From Eledone cirrhosa (Eukaryota): DNA of 64,000 bases. A program made the position numbers and the translations under genes. The notes beneath the pieces are model-generated. The model saw only the letters and a program-made list of their open reading frames with translations. It was not told where the DNA came from and did no database searches. Below are positions 13,075-27,384 of this stretch, in pieces (within the stretch, counting starts at the first letter, position 1; each line of letters starts with the position of its first letter). The stretch is taken from assembly GCA_964016885.1 (NCBI GenBank), contig OZ024753.1:18414001-18478000 (forward strand). Direction: 5' to 3'.

Positions 13075-13474
13075 ATAAGAATATAACATACATAGGAGAA
13101 AGGATAACGGAACACTGGCTAGAACTCCAGGATGGGGAAAATCATCAGTACTTCACCAACGTGCCAAAATAGAACTTATGGGCACATTAGAGAACATAGA
13201 GATAAAAATTATATCCACGCACAGAAAAGATGCAATGCTCAGACAAATCACAGAGGCGACAAACATAAACGAACTCTATCCAAAATTAAGCAGAAAACAT
13301 GAGTGGAATCGCAACATCACAACTAGTAATTAAGAACAAAATTAAGATATACAGAGAGACAGAAGAACCAAACTAATAAAACAAATCACACACACACACA
13401 GATAGAACAAACAACCAACTAGTGACAAGTAAATAAACACATAAATAAATAAATAAAAACACACACACGCGGAT
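13075..13474 (+). mobile_element. Penelope-like element fragment (GIY-YIG C-terminus + 3'UTR), same family as 24164-25494
   Basis: Colinear with about 24715-25190 (YIGE..., IEIKIISTHRKDAMLRQITEA...RKHEWN). Confidence 0.8.
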
Positions 13475-13737
13475 GGTCTGGTTAGCGTAGCGAAAATACA
13501 CGAGGTTTTGCACACGGCTTAATTTATACTGCTCAGAAGCGATTCCTAGAGCTGAAATGATTGTAAATGACCTCTTTGAGTCTAAACTCTAAGCTATTTA
13601 TCACTGCTCCCCCAGGTGAGCTGAATTTTGTAATCCCATATAAACGGCTGTTATTTCTAGCACTATGTGTGGGACGTTAGAGGACTGGAATAAGCCGTGT
13701 GCAAAACCTCGTGTATTTTCGCTACGCTAACCAGACC
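13475..13737. mobile_element. MITE-like segment with 47-bp perfect inverted repeats
   Basis: GGTCTGGTTAGCGTAGCGAAAATACACGAGGTTTTGCACACGGCTTA at 13475-13521; exact reverse complement at 13691-13737. Confidence 0.6.
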
Positions 13738-14160
13738 TTAGATATTTTTCTGAGGTTGAGTTATTTTATTTTTATCTGGGTACCTATTGATAAACACAGA
13801 AAAAGTTGATTAACTCACTGCTAATTAGTTAATTATTTTACTATTATACCATCCTTTGTGAAACATGTTTGAAGTTTGAAGTTCTGACCGATCAGCGGAA
13901 AAAGTTTGTATTTTGAATTTTAAACGTGTCTAGGTACCAAGGCTTTTTGCCCATATGAGTCTGTGAGTATTGATTTATTATTTTCTAGATCGTACAGGCA
14001 GACCTTATGTTGTTGAATTAAGATTTTTCACTCTAGCGATCTTATTAGTCAATTGCAACTATAACATGTAAATGTTCATCAAATATTAATTTATACTGCT
14101 CAGAAGCGATTCCTAGAGCTGAAATGATTGTAAATGACCTCTTTGAGTCTAAACTCTAAG

Positions 14161-14232
<72 letters not shown>

Positions 14233-14238
<6 letters not shown>

Positions 14239-15735
14239 TTTTTCCTCCTTTCGTGGATCGTAGTTGTCTCCCCTTCCCGCTCAGTGACGCTATAACACTT
14301 CCTCAGTCAAAAACTGCTGGAATTTTAATTTTGCCGGTCATTCGATGCGGGAAGGAGCAACTTAACGGACACGACATTTTAACCGTGGTAAGAAATGTTT
14401 TTCTTATTTCAAAGTTTAATGGGCTTCCACTGATGATTTATAAACGCCCACGTAAATATATTCTTACATTAATGTATATTAGGCTTCTACACAAACTGGA
14501 AATATTCTCCGAATTTGTAGAAAACTTATAATGAAACAATTGTTTGGAAAGAGAGATATATTTTAACTTTAATTATATCTCATAAAATAATACAACTGGC
14601 TTTTCCACATAATACATATTGTTAGCACCCCAAACACTTAAATTGGGTTTATATTAAAATATAACCTAATGTTTGTTGAGTGAGATGGTTACCAGTCAGA
14701 GATTAGCTTTAAACTATCTCTGTTATTGTATTAATATTTTACTCTTGATTGGCCAGAGGTGTTTATTTCCAGGTACCTTATAAATTTGACTTTCCGTATT
14801 TATTACTGTTGTGCGATATTGTGGATTTTATTGGTTGTAACTTCTCTGTTTTTTAGCCTAAGAAAATATATATATGCCTATGTATATAACTACATGCATA
14901 CATTTATTTTTTTAAATTAATTGAGTTCTTTTCACGAGGAATTGATATTAGTTTTGAAATAGCTAATTAACACGCGTGTGTTTTATATTTTACTCTTAAT
15001 TCGGCCGGAGATTTACATTCCCATTTGCCCTTTAAAGCATAACTTTCCGTATTTACTACGGTTACGAGATGCGGTTTCTTATTCAGGTACAACCTCTGAT
15101 TTTAGCCTAAGAAAATATCTATATGCGTGTGTAATTTATACACGCATATATTTATTTTTTTAATTTCAATTGAGTTCTTAACGCGTTGGATTGATAATGT
15201 TTTCGAATAAACTGATTAACCCGCGTGTATATTATTTTTTTTCCTCCTTTCGTGGATCGTAGTTGTCTCCCCTTCCCGCTTAGTGACGCTATAATACTTC
15301 CTCAGTCAAAAACTGCTGGAATTTCAAATTTGTCGGTCATTCGATTCGGGAAGGAGCAACTTAACGGACACGAATTTTAACCGTGGTAAGAAATGTTTTT
15401 CTTATTTCAAAGTTTAATGGGCTTCCACTGATGATTTATAAGTGCCCACCTAAATATATTCTTACATGAATGTATATTAGGCTTCTACATAAACTGGAAA
15501 TATTCTCCGAATTTGTAGAAAACTTATAATGAAACAATTGTTTGGAAAGAGAGATATATTTTAACTTTAATTATATCTCATAAAATAATACAACTGGCTT
15601 TTCCACATAATACATATTGTTAGCACCCCAAACACTTAAATTGGGTTTATATTAAAATATAACCTAATGTTTGTTGAGTGAGATGGTTACCAGTCAGAGA
15701 TTAGCTTTAAACTATCTCTGTTATTGTATTAATTA
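14233..15735. repeat. ~1-kb-period direct duplication (about 500 bp near-identical copies) bounded by (TA)n
   Basis: 14235-14733 matches 15235-15732. An older internal sub-duplication lies at about 14780-14990 vs 15030-15230. Confidence 0.85.
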
Positions 15736-15738
15736 TTG

Positions 15739-15867
<129 letters not shown>

Positions 15868-17718
15868 GAAAACGAAAGAGATATAACTTTATATCATGTC
15901 TATTTATTTCATTATATATATTTCGGGGATGCAAAAATGTGTTTAACTTATATCAGAACATGCATTCTTCAGACAAAATATATATGAGATATATAAATTG
16001 TTTCATGTTATTCTCGCAAGAATGGTCTTTAACTCAGTGCTTATATATACATCTGTATATAGCCATGCATATGTGTGTGTTTCATTAAATGAGATTCTGC
16101 TTAAACAACATATGTCGTATGATATTAATATTTTAGAAACATATATAATTGGTCGTGTGCGGAGGTCATATGAAACTCTTAACTGAAAGTAATATCTAAA
16201 TCTATAGACATCTATATGATTAAAATATTATTTCCTCTATAATAAGTAGTGGATTATATTAGATATTCAGCAGTTCATTTTGAAATTACAGCAATAAAAT
16301 TTGTACATATGTTTGTATAATGGGATACTTTAATACTTCTATTTACGACTATATTAGTTAATTAGAGACGAACGATAATTAAAAACAAGACAATGTTGTA
16401 AACTGAGAATTATTTCTTGCTGTTTAAGTTCCTGAGAATGTTAAATTGACAGGACATAAATTCTCATTTAATCTATTGACAAATAAACTAATACTAGTTT
16501 CATGGTTTCGAACATCAGTATATATTAATTCATAGCCTGACCAAGATGCTCTCATGGAATGACCTTATGAGGTTTATTCTTTAATACAGTGCAGTTATTA
16601 ATAAGCTTTGAAATGTATGTATATAAATATATGAGTGTGTGCGCGTGTGTGTGCGCGTGTGGGTGTGCGTGTGTGTGTGCATATATATAAACAACTAGTA
16701 AAAAGGAAAATAATACAGTAGAAAATGCTGAAGGGATGTTTTCAGTATAATATAAAAACATTTATTTATAAAGTGCGGATTTCCGCATTTAATTGTGGTA
16801 CCAGTTTCAGCGTTATATGCTTTTTCAACAACGGAGTATGAAGAGCAGTTAAATTGCATATTTATACGGATAATAATAAAATGGAGTAGAAAAATTATTA
16901 GTTTTTACATACATATTTAGAGAAGAAAGTTCATATTTCTGTCCGAAGCTCTCTTTCGGTATCTGCAGAGAGCGAAAGGAATGACAGAATCTGGTTAATT
17001 GTTTACCATTTTCTTTGGACAGAAACAATGCAGCTATTACGAAGAAGAATTAAGAATTAATGCATTCACGATTTCACAGGGTTAGCATCAATCCTTCAGA
17101 GTCAGTATATGAACTTTTTAGCTCACTCTCCTAAATAAGTATAAATTTAATTCATCCATATATTTTACCTCACTAAGCAGATAATATCTCTCGTATACTG
17201 TTGTTTCGTAGAAATAATAAATCAAAATGTATAGGTTATTTGTTTAATCTACCTTGACGTATTGACATTAATAAATATTAATATAAGCATGATCTTCAAA
17301 TAATCTGTATGACAATAGATATCGCTAATAGTGTTTCATATCCACTGTCTCTCTCTATATATCTCTTCTTTGTAGATTATATATATATATTTGAATTGCG
17401 TATGTCTATTGAAACACGGTATGTTTCTAAATAAACATTTAGAACACCATAGCTATGAAAAACTCTGGCAGATAACACGACCAAGTGGGGCTCGATAGAA
17501 GCAACGGGGGCAATCGTCGATACAGTTCGAACTCTACTGGTTCTCATCACGATAAACTCTTCCGCTCCTGCAACTACCGGTCTTTGAAAACAGGCGAAAA
17601 TATATAGTTTTTTTCGTCTGTGCAAATGAAGTGATTAATCTCATTTGCATATGATGCTGTATATATTCAGTCAACTTAATATAGAATATAATTAGGATTT
17701 AGCTTCGAAGCTAAATTC

Positions 17719-17824
<106 letters not shown>

Positions 17825-18127
17825 AGGTGAGTTATATTGTAGTACAATAAAGCAATGCAGATATCGGATAAGAAGCACTCTACAGTTTGTAGGACTGGAG
17901 TATACATAATATATATATATATATATATATATAGGAGGTGAGTTTTATTGTAGTACAATAAAGCAATGCAGATATCGGATAAGAAGCACTCTACAGTTTG
18001 AAGGACTGGAGTATACATAATATATAAGATCAAAAGATATATATATATGTATATATATATGTGTATATATATATATATAAATATATATATAATATATAAG
18101 ATCAAAAGATGGTTAAAGAGTTCCATG

Positions 18128-18198
18128 TATTTTATTATGCGCATCTCAAAAACAAATATCATCATGCAATAACATTTGTGTTTTCATCAGATAAAATA
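18128..18198 (-). ncRNA. Type I hammerhead ribozyme in the 3' pLTR, core mutated (GAAA>GAGA)
   Basis: Copy of 22889-22959 with one core substitution. Confidence 0.65.
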
Positions 18199-18556
18199 GG
18201 AAGACATGATATGAAGGTTAAAAACACTTGTAGATAGTGCAGTTTTAAATCAACATATGAAAAGTACTTTTAGATTGATGTGTGATATTGGGGAAAAACA
18301 TTTTTTTGAGGGAGGGAGGTTGGAAAGGATGAAAAAAAGGAGGAGATGAGAGTAAAAAGTGGAGGGGTAGGACTATAATGAGGAAGAATGAGATAGGAGG
18401 AGAGATGGGTGATAGATAGAGAGAGATCGCTTTTATAACTGAGATAAATATATTGTTTTACATAGAGAGGTTGAAAAACCGTTGGAAGATAATGTATAAA
18501 TTAAAAGAATTTAAAAATTAACGAAGAGAAAAATAATGTTAAGGTTTGTATATTGA

Positions 18557-18723
18557 AGGGTTTAATAATATGTGCGATGAAAAGAAATTGTTAATATGTA
18601 TTAAGAATAATATTTAAGGGTTTAATAATATGTGCGATGGAAAGAAAATGTTAATATGTATTAAGAATAATATTTAAGGGTTTAATAATATGTGCGATGG
18701 AAAGAAAATGTTGATATGTATTA
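18557..18723. repeat. 60-bp tandem repeat, about 3 copies, in the Naiad 3'UTR
   Basis: aagggtttaataatatgtgcgatg... recurs at a 60-bp period. Confidence 0.9.
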
Positions 18724-21657
18724 TTAAAAAAACAAAAGTAATGTAAATAAGGATATATTGTGAGATGAACATGAATAAGTTAGATGAAAGTGAGAAAAGA
18801 ATAATGAATAGAGGATGAATAATCTAACGTCAAAAAAAATGTTTATGTTTACGAAGGATTTTTTCAAGGTGATATAAAGTAAGAATATATTGTATTGTGT
18901 AATAATTGTTTCTATATTAGGCACAGTGAGAAAAGGTACAGATTAGGGGTTAGAAAATTAAAAGAAAAAGAAAAGAAAAGGAAAAGGAAGAAAGGGAAGT
19001 GATAAATAGGAGTGATATAGAATCAGTAACAAGTATTATATAATGTATAATAAATAACTTTGAAATAAGGTAGAAAGATGGGTATATTTTTAAAGAAGTA
19101 CATATATATATATATATATGTGCCTTTGAGAAAAGGATTCTGAATTGATAAAGTTTAGGATATTAGCTGTATACTTTATGGAAAGTTCTGTTGAATTTAT
19201 GCAAGCAGATAGAAAACAAGTCTGCATTTATTTATTATAGAATCTAAATTAGATATAATGGTAAATTTTTCATTTAGACAGAGATTGCAATTCTTGGATA
19301 GAGAACTGTTCAAGTATGGATAAGCAGAGGAAACCTTTTTCCAAGAGATGTTATATTTTATATTTTTGTCTTTCAAGGACCATATGAGTTCTGAGAGTGC
19401 CATTTTGGTTCTTTTAAGTTGGTATTTAAAAGACGAATGATGATTATAAAGACGAGCTTTAAAGGAGGTGGAAGTGGAGCCAAAATAGGTGAAGGAATTG
19501 GTGTCAGTTATAACTTTACATTCGTAGATTAAGTTTTTATCAAGACAATGGTTGTTGAGAGGACATTTATATTTAGCAGGGCAATTGCAATTGCAATTAG
19601 AGAGATTATTAACGAGTGACCTAGTGTTATCTATAGAAGGAATTGGGTTGGAGAAGTTATTTGCGATAGGAATAATAGTTTCTTGATTTAGAATGGGATT
19701 AAGAACATTTAGCGAAGTTGTGTTTGACGTTGTATTTGGGTTTGCAGAAATTAGCCTAGAGTTTACAATGACGTCGGGAGTACTATTATTATTATTATGA
19801 TATTGAGTGTTGTAAGGAAGAGATTTAGTATTTAGTATTTTATTGTTGTGTTTAGAGATAATGTTGGAAATGTTGGAGGATGTCGAATAGGAAAATTTGA
19901 TAGTGTGTTTGTTAAATATTTTACTATAGATATGTGAGGGAGGGAAGCATTTATTTAAGGCACTAACGAATAATTTAGGAATATTATTATTAATAGAGAT
20001 GGAGAAAGGAGCATTATACCAGATTATGTTTTTGTATCTAGGTCTTTTATTAAAGTTATTGGAATGATCATGATTAATTATTCTACTGTAAGATCTTCTA
20101 GAATTTGTTTCTTTATTATATTTGATTTTATCAGTTTAGCCGGCTTTAGAAAGCGCGTTATTATAGTAATTGGCGTTTGCATCAAAGATGTTTTTATTAG
20201 AAGATAGGTTATATATTCTTTTTCCAATATTACTAACTATAGCATTCTTAATATTAGTAGGGTGGTTATATTTAAAATTAACATAATTTAGGTTCTCATT
20301 GTTTTTCTGGTAAGGGTAATATAGGCCAGTGTCAAGATTAAGAGATACATCCAAGAAATTAGCTAGTTTGATGCTGTTATCAAATTCAATTTTTAGGTTA
20401 TGTTGGTTAAAGAGATTACGTATATTGTTCTTAATAATATTAAGGTTAACTATGTTGCAATTTAAGATAGTAAAGAGTCCATCGTCACGATAAATTCCAA
20501 CGCGAAGTTATTTTCCGACTCAAAGAGTTCAAAATAAAGATACCAATTAAATCTGTCAATTGGGATGAATCGGATGCTCCCATTGTGATGTCGAAGTTGT
20601 TAGAGGTATCAGCTCTGGTCCAATATTTATTGTTGAACTTAAGATGGTTTTACGTGCGGTGAGAATGATGTGAATTTCATCTGTGGTGATGTCAGAATAT
20701 TTAAATGCCAAAGATAGAGCATTATGGAGAAGTGAAGGCGAAATAGAAGAATAGTAGCTGGCAAAATCAAATTGAACAAATTTTAGTTTGTTTTTATTAT
20801 TCAATTTGTTGAACCAGCCAATCACTTCAGAAGTACCAAACCATAAATTTAAGTTCAAAGAAGAGCAATTAGAACGAACCTGTGGGACGATTCTATCCAA
20901 GATGGCTTTACTAACAATCCCCAGATCAGATTTAGAGGGGGCGATTAATCTAACAGGTAGTTCAGTGCGAAAATTGTTTTTGTGATCCTTGAGATTTATC
21001 CTCGGAGTTCTTGGGAGGAATGGTTTGGTCTTTTTTCCGATGCCAAGTTTTGACATAATCTCAGAGGCTTCAAAGTTTATGGATTCTAATTATCATGGTT
21101 GGTTTTACGATATTTTTTCCTAAGTTCCTTTAGGATAAGGTTGTTATAATTATCCTTGGAAATACCATATAAATTATTGGTTTTGTCAGAGTGGACTAAA
21201 ACATTTTTTTAGGAATTTAGGTTTGAAATTGTGTTCTTGAGATTTACAAGGTGCTCGTGTCCTTTGTAAGGGTATCTCTTGAATTTAAGATTTTTTATAA
21301 TATTTGTTAACTCTTCCTCGAATTGCACTAGATTTTTGTTGGAATGAGGATTTCTTCTAGAATTAAATAGATGATCGAGGAAGTTATGTTCCTTGGTATA
21401 GAAGTTCCCTTCTAGGCGCTGGTCATAGAAATAAGCTATCCATCTAAGTCTTCTTACAAAGGAGTCAGTTTTTTCAATTAGAAGTTTGGTGAATTCAGAT
21501 TTACCAGGTATAGGAATGTCTTTAGTTGAATTGGTTATGTTGTAATAATCTATGTTGTATTAATATATATGTAAAATGTAAACAGAAATAAAAATACAAT
21601 CAGTACAGTATATGAAAGGGATTTATTAGGTTAAAGTTTGATATAGCAGGAAGAGAG

Positions 21658-21692
21658 CCTTAACGTTTCGGACGCTGCTACTTCATCAGAAG
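21658..21692 (-). ncRNA. Minimal hammerhead-like motif upstream of the Naiad ORF
   Basis: Reverse complement CTT-CTGATGA-agtagcagcgtcc-GAAA-CGT-TA-AGG. Stem II is poorly paired. Confidence 0.45.
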
Positions 21693-21961
21693 AAAGAATG
21701 AGAAATAAGATAGATTGAGGGGACGGGCGGATGGAATTGGAAAAAAATGTCTTTAGATTAAAATAACAGATCCTTTGATGCTGACACCTCGTTCTCTCTA
21801 TATATATATATAGGGGAAGAGAGAGAGAGAATGAAGACGTGAGACGGTTTTATGTGTACATCATTTGTTTCATAATTAGTTCTGTTATACGTATCTCGAA
21901 GGTGTCGGCGTGCTCGAAAAGGTTTGTATGTATGTATGAAAGTAGAGCATATATTTATTAA

Positions 21962-22131
21962 TTGTTTTACATTTGGCACAAGGCCAGCAATTACCCAATG
22001 CATTACTGGTACTTTATTCTATCGATCCCAGAAGGATGAAAGGCAAAGTTAACCTCAGCGGAATTTGAACTCAGATCATACAGGGAGGTAACTCTATGCT
22101 TCAAAGCATGGCATCCAACCCTCTACCGATA
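21962..22131 (-). mobile_element. tRNA-derived SINE inserted in the Naiad 5' region
   Basis: Family body present; TSD gagcatatatttattaat. Confidence 0.85.
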
Positions 22132-22384
22132 GTGAGCATATATTTATTAATATTACAGAGTAAGCATTATGCAAAGAATTTCTGCTATAACTCTATTACG
22201 GAATCTTCTGAAAGCGAGAAAAATCAAAGGTTTTTCGAAATATTTACTTCTGCGTCTACAGATTTATTTTTCTCAGTTTCAGAAGATCTCCGTAATAGGG
22301 TGAAAGCAGAAATATGTTGCCTAAACTAATACTACTACTGATAATACTAATAGTAATCTATGTACATGTATATATACACACACA

Positions 22385-22459
<75 letters not shown>

Positions 22460-22665
22460 CGAAGGAAATGTGGTAAGGAACCAGATGGACCATAACGCAC
22501 CAAAGTACTCAATACTTAGGGTAGTAGAGCAGGTATTAGGAACGAGTAGCACCCCGACAGCTGAGGTCAATCTGTTTCGACGGCTAATTCTGGACTCAGA
22601 ATTCTGGAAACGGATTGAGCTCAGCCGTCGGGGTCCTACTCGTTCATATATATATATATATACTC

Positions 22666-22760
<95 letters not shown>

Positions 22761-22888
22761 ATGTAGGAGGTGAGTTTTATTGTAGGACAATAAAGCAATG
22801 CAGATATCGGATAAGAAGCACTCTACAGTTTGTAGGACTGGAGTATACATAATTTATAGGATCAAAAGATGGTTAAAAGAGTTCCATG

Positions 22889-22959
22889 TATTTTATTATG
22901 CGCATTTCAAAAACAAATATCATCATGCAATAACATTTGTGTTTTCATCAGATAAAATA
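22889..22959 (-). ncRNA. Type I hammerhead ribozyme with intact core in the Naiad 5' pLTR
   Basis: Reverse complement TATTTTAT-CTGATGA-[AAACACAAATGTTATT GCAT GATGATATTTGTTTTT]-GAAA-TGCGCA-TA-ATAAAATA: 8-bp stem I, long stem II, palindromic stem III. Confidence 0.8.
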
Positions 22960-23562
22960 GGAAGACATGATATGAAGGTTAAAAAACACTTGTGGATAGT
23001 GCAGATTTAAATCAACATTTTTTAGGTTTATCGTTTTCGGTACCCCGGCCGATTAACTCACTCGATGTGCAAATTAGGCAGCTCAGCCGTTAATATGCAT
23101 AAGGAAAGTATATACTTTCAGACGTTCAACCATCTGGCAGGAAGGTATACTTTAACTGACGATAACTAATAAGCTTGAAACTAGTACAACGTTCATTTGT
23201 CAGTATTGAACAAATGAGCAACGATGGTTGCTAGACACTGTACGGCTTAATTCGTGATGTTTGTTTACAAACACACCGAGTATTATAATAGATGTTCGGT
23301 GAATCCATACGTAAATATATATATGTGTGCATGTATATATATATAAACATACTACTGTATACATGTATGTATGTACGCATACATACTTATATTTAAGTAA
23401 CAGCTGTACTAAGTGTGAGAAATGAAATTTCGTTTCATTTTTTCCGTTTATATATATATACATATACATATATATATATACATATATATGTACACATATA
23501 CATATATATATATACATATATATGTACACATATATATACATATACATATATATATATATATA

Positions 23563-24163
23563 TATTGTTATACTTTGGGAGGGTCATGTTGCCAATAAGA
23601 AACACACGCACCAGATGCTTTCACTTCAATTTATTATATATTTATAAATTTATAAATTTACAAATTTACAAACTTATAAATTTCTGGTTCGTTGGTTGGT
23701 TCCACAACCAGATAGTTGTTTATATATAGTCATAGTCCTTTCGTCACACCCTATGTGACCTCTTCAGTGACTGGGGATTCCTTTCCTCTGTTTCTGTGAC
23801 TTTCCTTTCTTCTATCCTACGCCATTTTGTTTCTGTGTGTTGTGTGCTCAGTTTGCGCATGCGCCACATCCGGGTGTCCGTTTGTGTTCATTTATCTATT
23901 TGTTTATTTATTTATTTATTTATTGTTGGTTGGTTGTTTGTTCTATGTGTGTGTGTGTTTTCATTTTGTCCTGTTTGTGTTTTCATTTTGTCCTTAATTG
24001 TAAGTTGTTTGTTCTATGTGTGTGTGTGTTTTCATTTTGTCCTGTGTGTGTTTTCATTTTGTCCTTAATTGTAAGTTGTGATGTTGCTGTTCCACTCATA
24101 TTTTCTATTTAATTTTGGTTTTAATTCTTTTATGCTTACTGCCTCTGTAATTTGCCTAAACAT
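23563..24163 (-). mobile_element. Inverted copy of the 3' end/pLTR of the adjacent Penelope-like element
   Basis: Reverse complement of 24893-25494. Confidence 0.88.
23728..23772 (-). ncRNA. Minimal type I hammerhead ribozyme
   Basis: Reverse complement AGTCA-CTGAAGA-G-GTCACAT AGG GTGTGAC-GAAA-GGAC-TA-TGACT. Confidence 0.75.
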
Positions 24164-25494
24164 ACTGATTGCGGATTTGGTACGGGTGATGAGAAATGTG
24201 TCCCGCATGTGCAACCCTGAAGAACTAGAGAGACACATACAACACTTCATCCACCGTATGCAGTTCTCTGGCTACAATCAGAGAGATAGAATCAGAGTGT
24301 ATAAAGGAGCCAGAACCAAATGGGAAAAATGGTAAATAATGACATAAATGGGACCTGCCCTTTGTATAGGAGCAAATTTTGGAATAGAATAGAAAGAACT
24401 AGGAACAAGGCCAATAGAATAAACTCATGGTATGATAGCAATAAATACCAGAGTGTAATGTTCATCAATACAACCCCTAGAGGCGAACTAGCCTACAAAT
24501 TTAGAAGGGCCCTAAATAAACATAATCTCAATATTAAGATAGTAGAAAGACCAGGTACCTCCGTAAAAACACATATTAGCAAGACATACCCGTTCCAAAG
24601 ACCCTCATGTATAGATAAGAAATGTATAACCTGTAAAATAAGCCCCCATATTAACTGTCAAACTAGAAATGTAGTGTATAGCATAAGATGTATAGAAGGA
24701 CAATGTAGAAACAAAAATATAGTGTACATAGGTGAGACAGCTCGTAGTATAGGGGAACGAATAAATGAACACTGGCGAGACCTCCAAGATAATAAATAAT
24801 CATCTGTGCTCTACCAACATGCTAAGATAGAATACCGGGGTAGACTAGAGAACATAGAAATAAAAATAGAATCCACACACAGAAAAGACACAATGTTTAG
24901 GCAAATTACAGAGGCAGTAAGCATAAAAGAATTAAAACCAAAATTAAATAGAAAATATGAGTGGAACAGCAACATCACAACTTACAATTAAGGACAAAAT
25001 GAAAACACACACAGGTCAAATTGAAAACACACACACACATAGAACAAACGACTTACAATTAAGGACAAAATGAAAACACACACAGGACAAAATGAAAACA
25101 CACACACCCATAGAACAAACAACCAACCAACAATAACTAAATAAATAAATAAATAAATAGATAAATGAACACAAACAGACACCCGGATGTGGCGCATGCG
25201 CAAACTGAGCACACAACACACACACTGAAACAAAATGGCGTAGGATAGAAGAAAGGAAAGGCACAGAAACAAAGGAAAGGAATCCCCAGTCACTGAAGCG
25301 GTCACAGAGTGTGTGACGAAAGGACTATGACTATATATAAACAACTATCTGGTTGTGGAACCAACCAACCAGAAATTTATAAGTTTGTAAATTTGTAAAT
25401 TTATAAATTTATAAATATATAATAAATTGAAGTGAAAGCAACTGGTGCGTGTGTTTCTTATTGGCAACATGACCCTCCCAAAGTATAACAATAT
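24164..25494 (+). mobile_element. 5'-truncated Penelope-like element (RT thumb + GIY-YIG + pLTR), Nematis/Neptune-like
   Basis: ORFs 24078-24335, 24320-24799, 24806-24991: RMQFSGY, PLYRS, CIDKKCITC..C..VVY..C..C..YIGETARSIGERINEH, RQITEA..LNRKYEW. Confidence 0.88.
25288..25332 (+). ncRNA. Minimal hammerhead, core variant CTGAAGC
   Basis: AGTCA-CTGAAGC-GGTCACAGAGTGTGTGAC-GAAA-GGAC-TA-TGACT. Confidence 0.65.
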
Positions 25495-25551
25495 CGGTTT
25501 CAACACACGATTTCAGATAAAGAATCTTGCTAAACAAATTCAGAAACAAAA

Positions 25552-25871
25552 CATATATATATATTTATATATATACACATATATACACATATATATACAT
25601 ATATATATATACACATATATATATACATATATTTATACACATATATATACATATACATATATATATATATACATATACATATACATATATATATACACAT
25701 ATATATATACATATATACATATACATATATATATCTACACATATATATATATATATACACATATACATATATATATATATATATTACACACATATATATA
25801 TATATACACATATATATATACATATATATACACACATATATATATACATATATATATATATATATGTAGAC

Positions 25872-25912
<41 letters not shown>

Positions 25913-26077
25913 TATATATATACATGTAAGTATATATATAGACATAAATACATATATATATATACACACACACATATATATATACACACCTATATATATA
26001 TATATACACACATATATCTATATATATATATATATATATATAAATATACATATATATATATGTACACATATATATAC

Positions 26078-26128
<51 letters not shown>

Positions 26129-26476
26129 AATATATGTACACATATATATATACATATACATATATATATATATGTACACATATATATATACATATACATA
26201 TATATATACCTATATATATATATACACATATACATACATACACATATATATACATATATATATATACACATATATATACATATATATACACATATATATA
26301 CATATGCATATATATATATACACATATATATACATACACATATATATACATATATATATACATATGTATACATATATATACACATATATACATATATATA
26401 CCCATATATATTCATATATATACACATATATATATACATATATACACATATATATATGCACATATATATACATACA

Positions 26477-26554
<78 letters not shown>

Positions 26555-26601
26555 TATATACACACATATATATATATATATATATACATATATATTTATA
26601 T
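25552..26601. repeat. (TA)n/(CATA) low-complexity block
   Basis: Seen directly. Confidence 0.95.
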
Positions 26602-27384
26602 AGACAGTTCAAGAGTAATACATCTTAAAGAGAGAGATGGATATAGGAGAGGAGATAGGAGAGGAGAGATTGGTGAATTAGTTAGAAACCAAAGCGTAAA
26701 GGCATGTGAAAAGTGCAATATGCAGTAGGAAGCAGCTAGGTAGCTGGGTTCATGCAGAAGTTAGGTGCGCGGAGCTGGAAATATTCATTAGTTAAGCAAA
26801 ACAAGACCACAAATTTCACAAGGAAGATATTATTAAAAGATTGTCAACATATTTTAGTTTGATGTAAGAAATGTAGAGAATAATAGTGATAATATTAATA
26901 CTAATTATGTCCGTTTACAATTGTTTCGATACTCCATATAATAATTCTGGATCAGCTGACTATATAAAATTATTGATCTGGTTGAGTTGAAAATAATTAA
27001 CATATTTAATAATTAACAAAGCGGCTCATCGGAACTTCAAAGGAATATAAATTAAAATAAGGAGAGAATGATACATAATGTAATGTTCTATATATCTGCC
27101 TAAAAGGCAGATCTCACACAATGCAGCCTCGACAGATGAATACTGCTTGATTATGGCTGACAATTGATACACCGAGGACACCATAGGGAAATACCAATAT
27201 ATGGCACATTACATTATGTAACATTCTCTCCTTATTTTAATTTATATTCCTTTGAAGTTCCGATGCGCCGCTATGTTTTTAAGTATGTTAAGTATTTTCA
27301 ACTGAACCAGATCAATAATGATATATAGTCATCTGATCCAGAAATATTATATGGAGTAGCGAAACAAATGTATACGGACATTAT

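Noticed and set aside
17377-17625. GC-richer ORF as a host exon
   Set aside because: No recognisable domain and weak splice signals.
19165-21570. Selenocysteine-encoding Naiad (in-frame TGA + SECIS)
   Set aside because: The conserved Cys positions I translated are TGT/TGC. The stem-loop near 18150 fits a hammerhead better than a SECIS.
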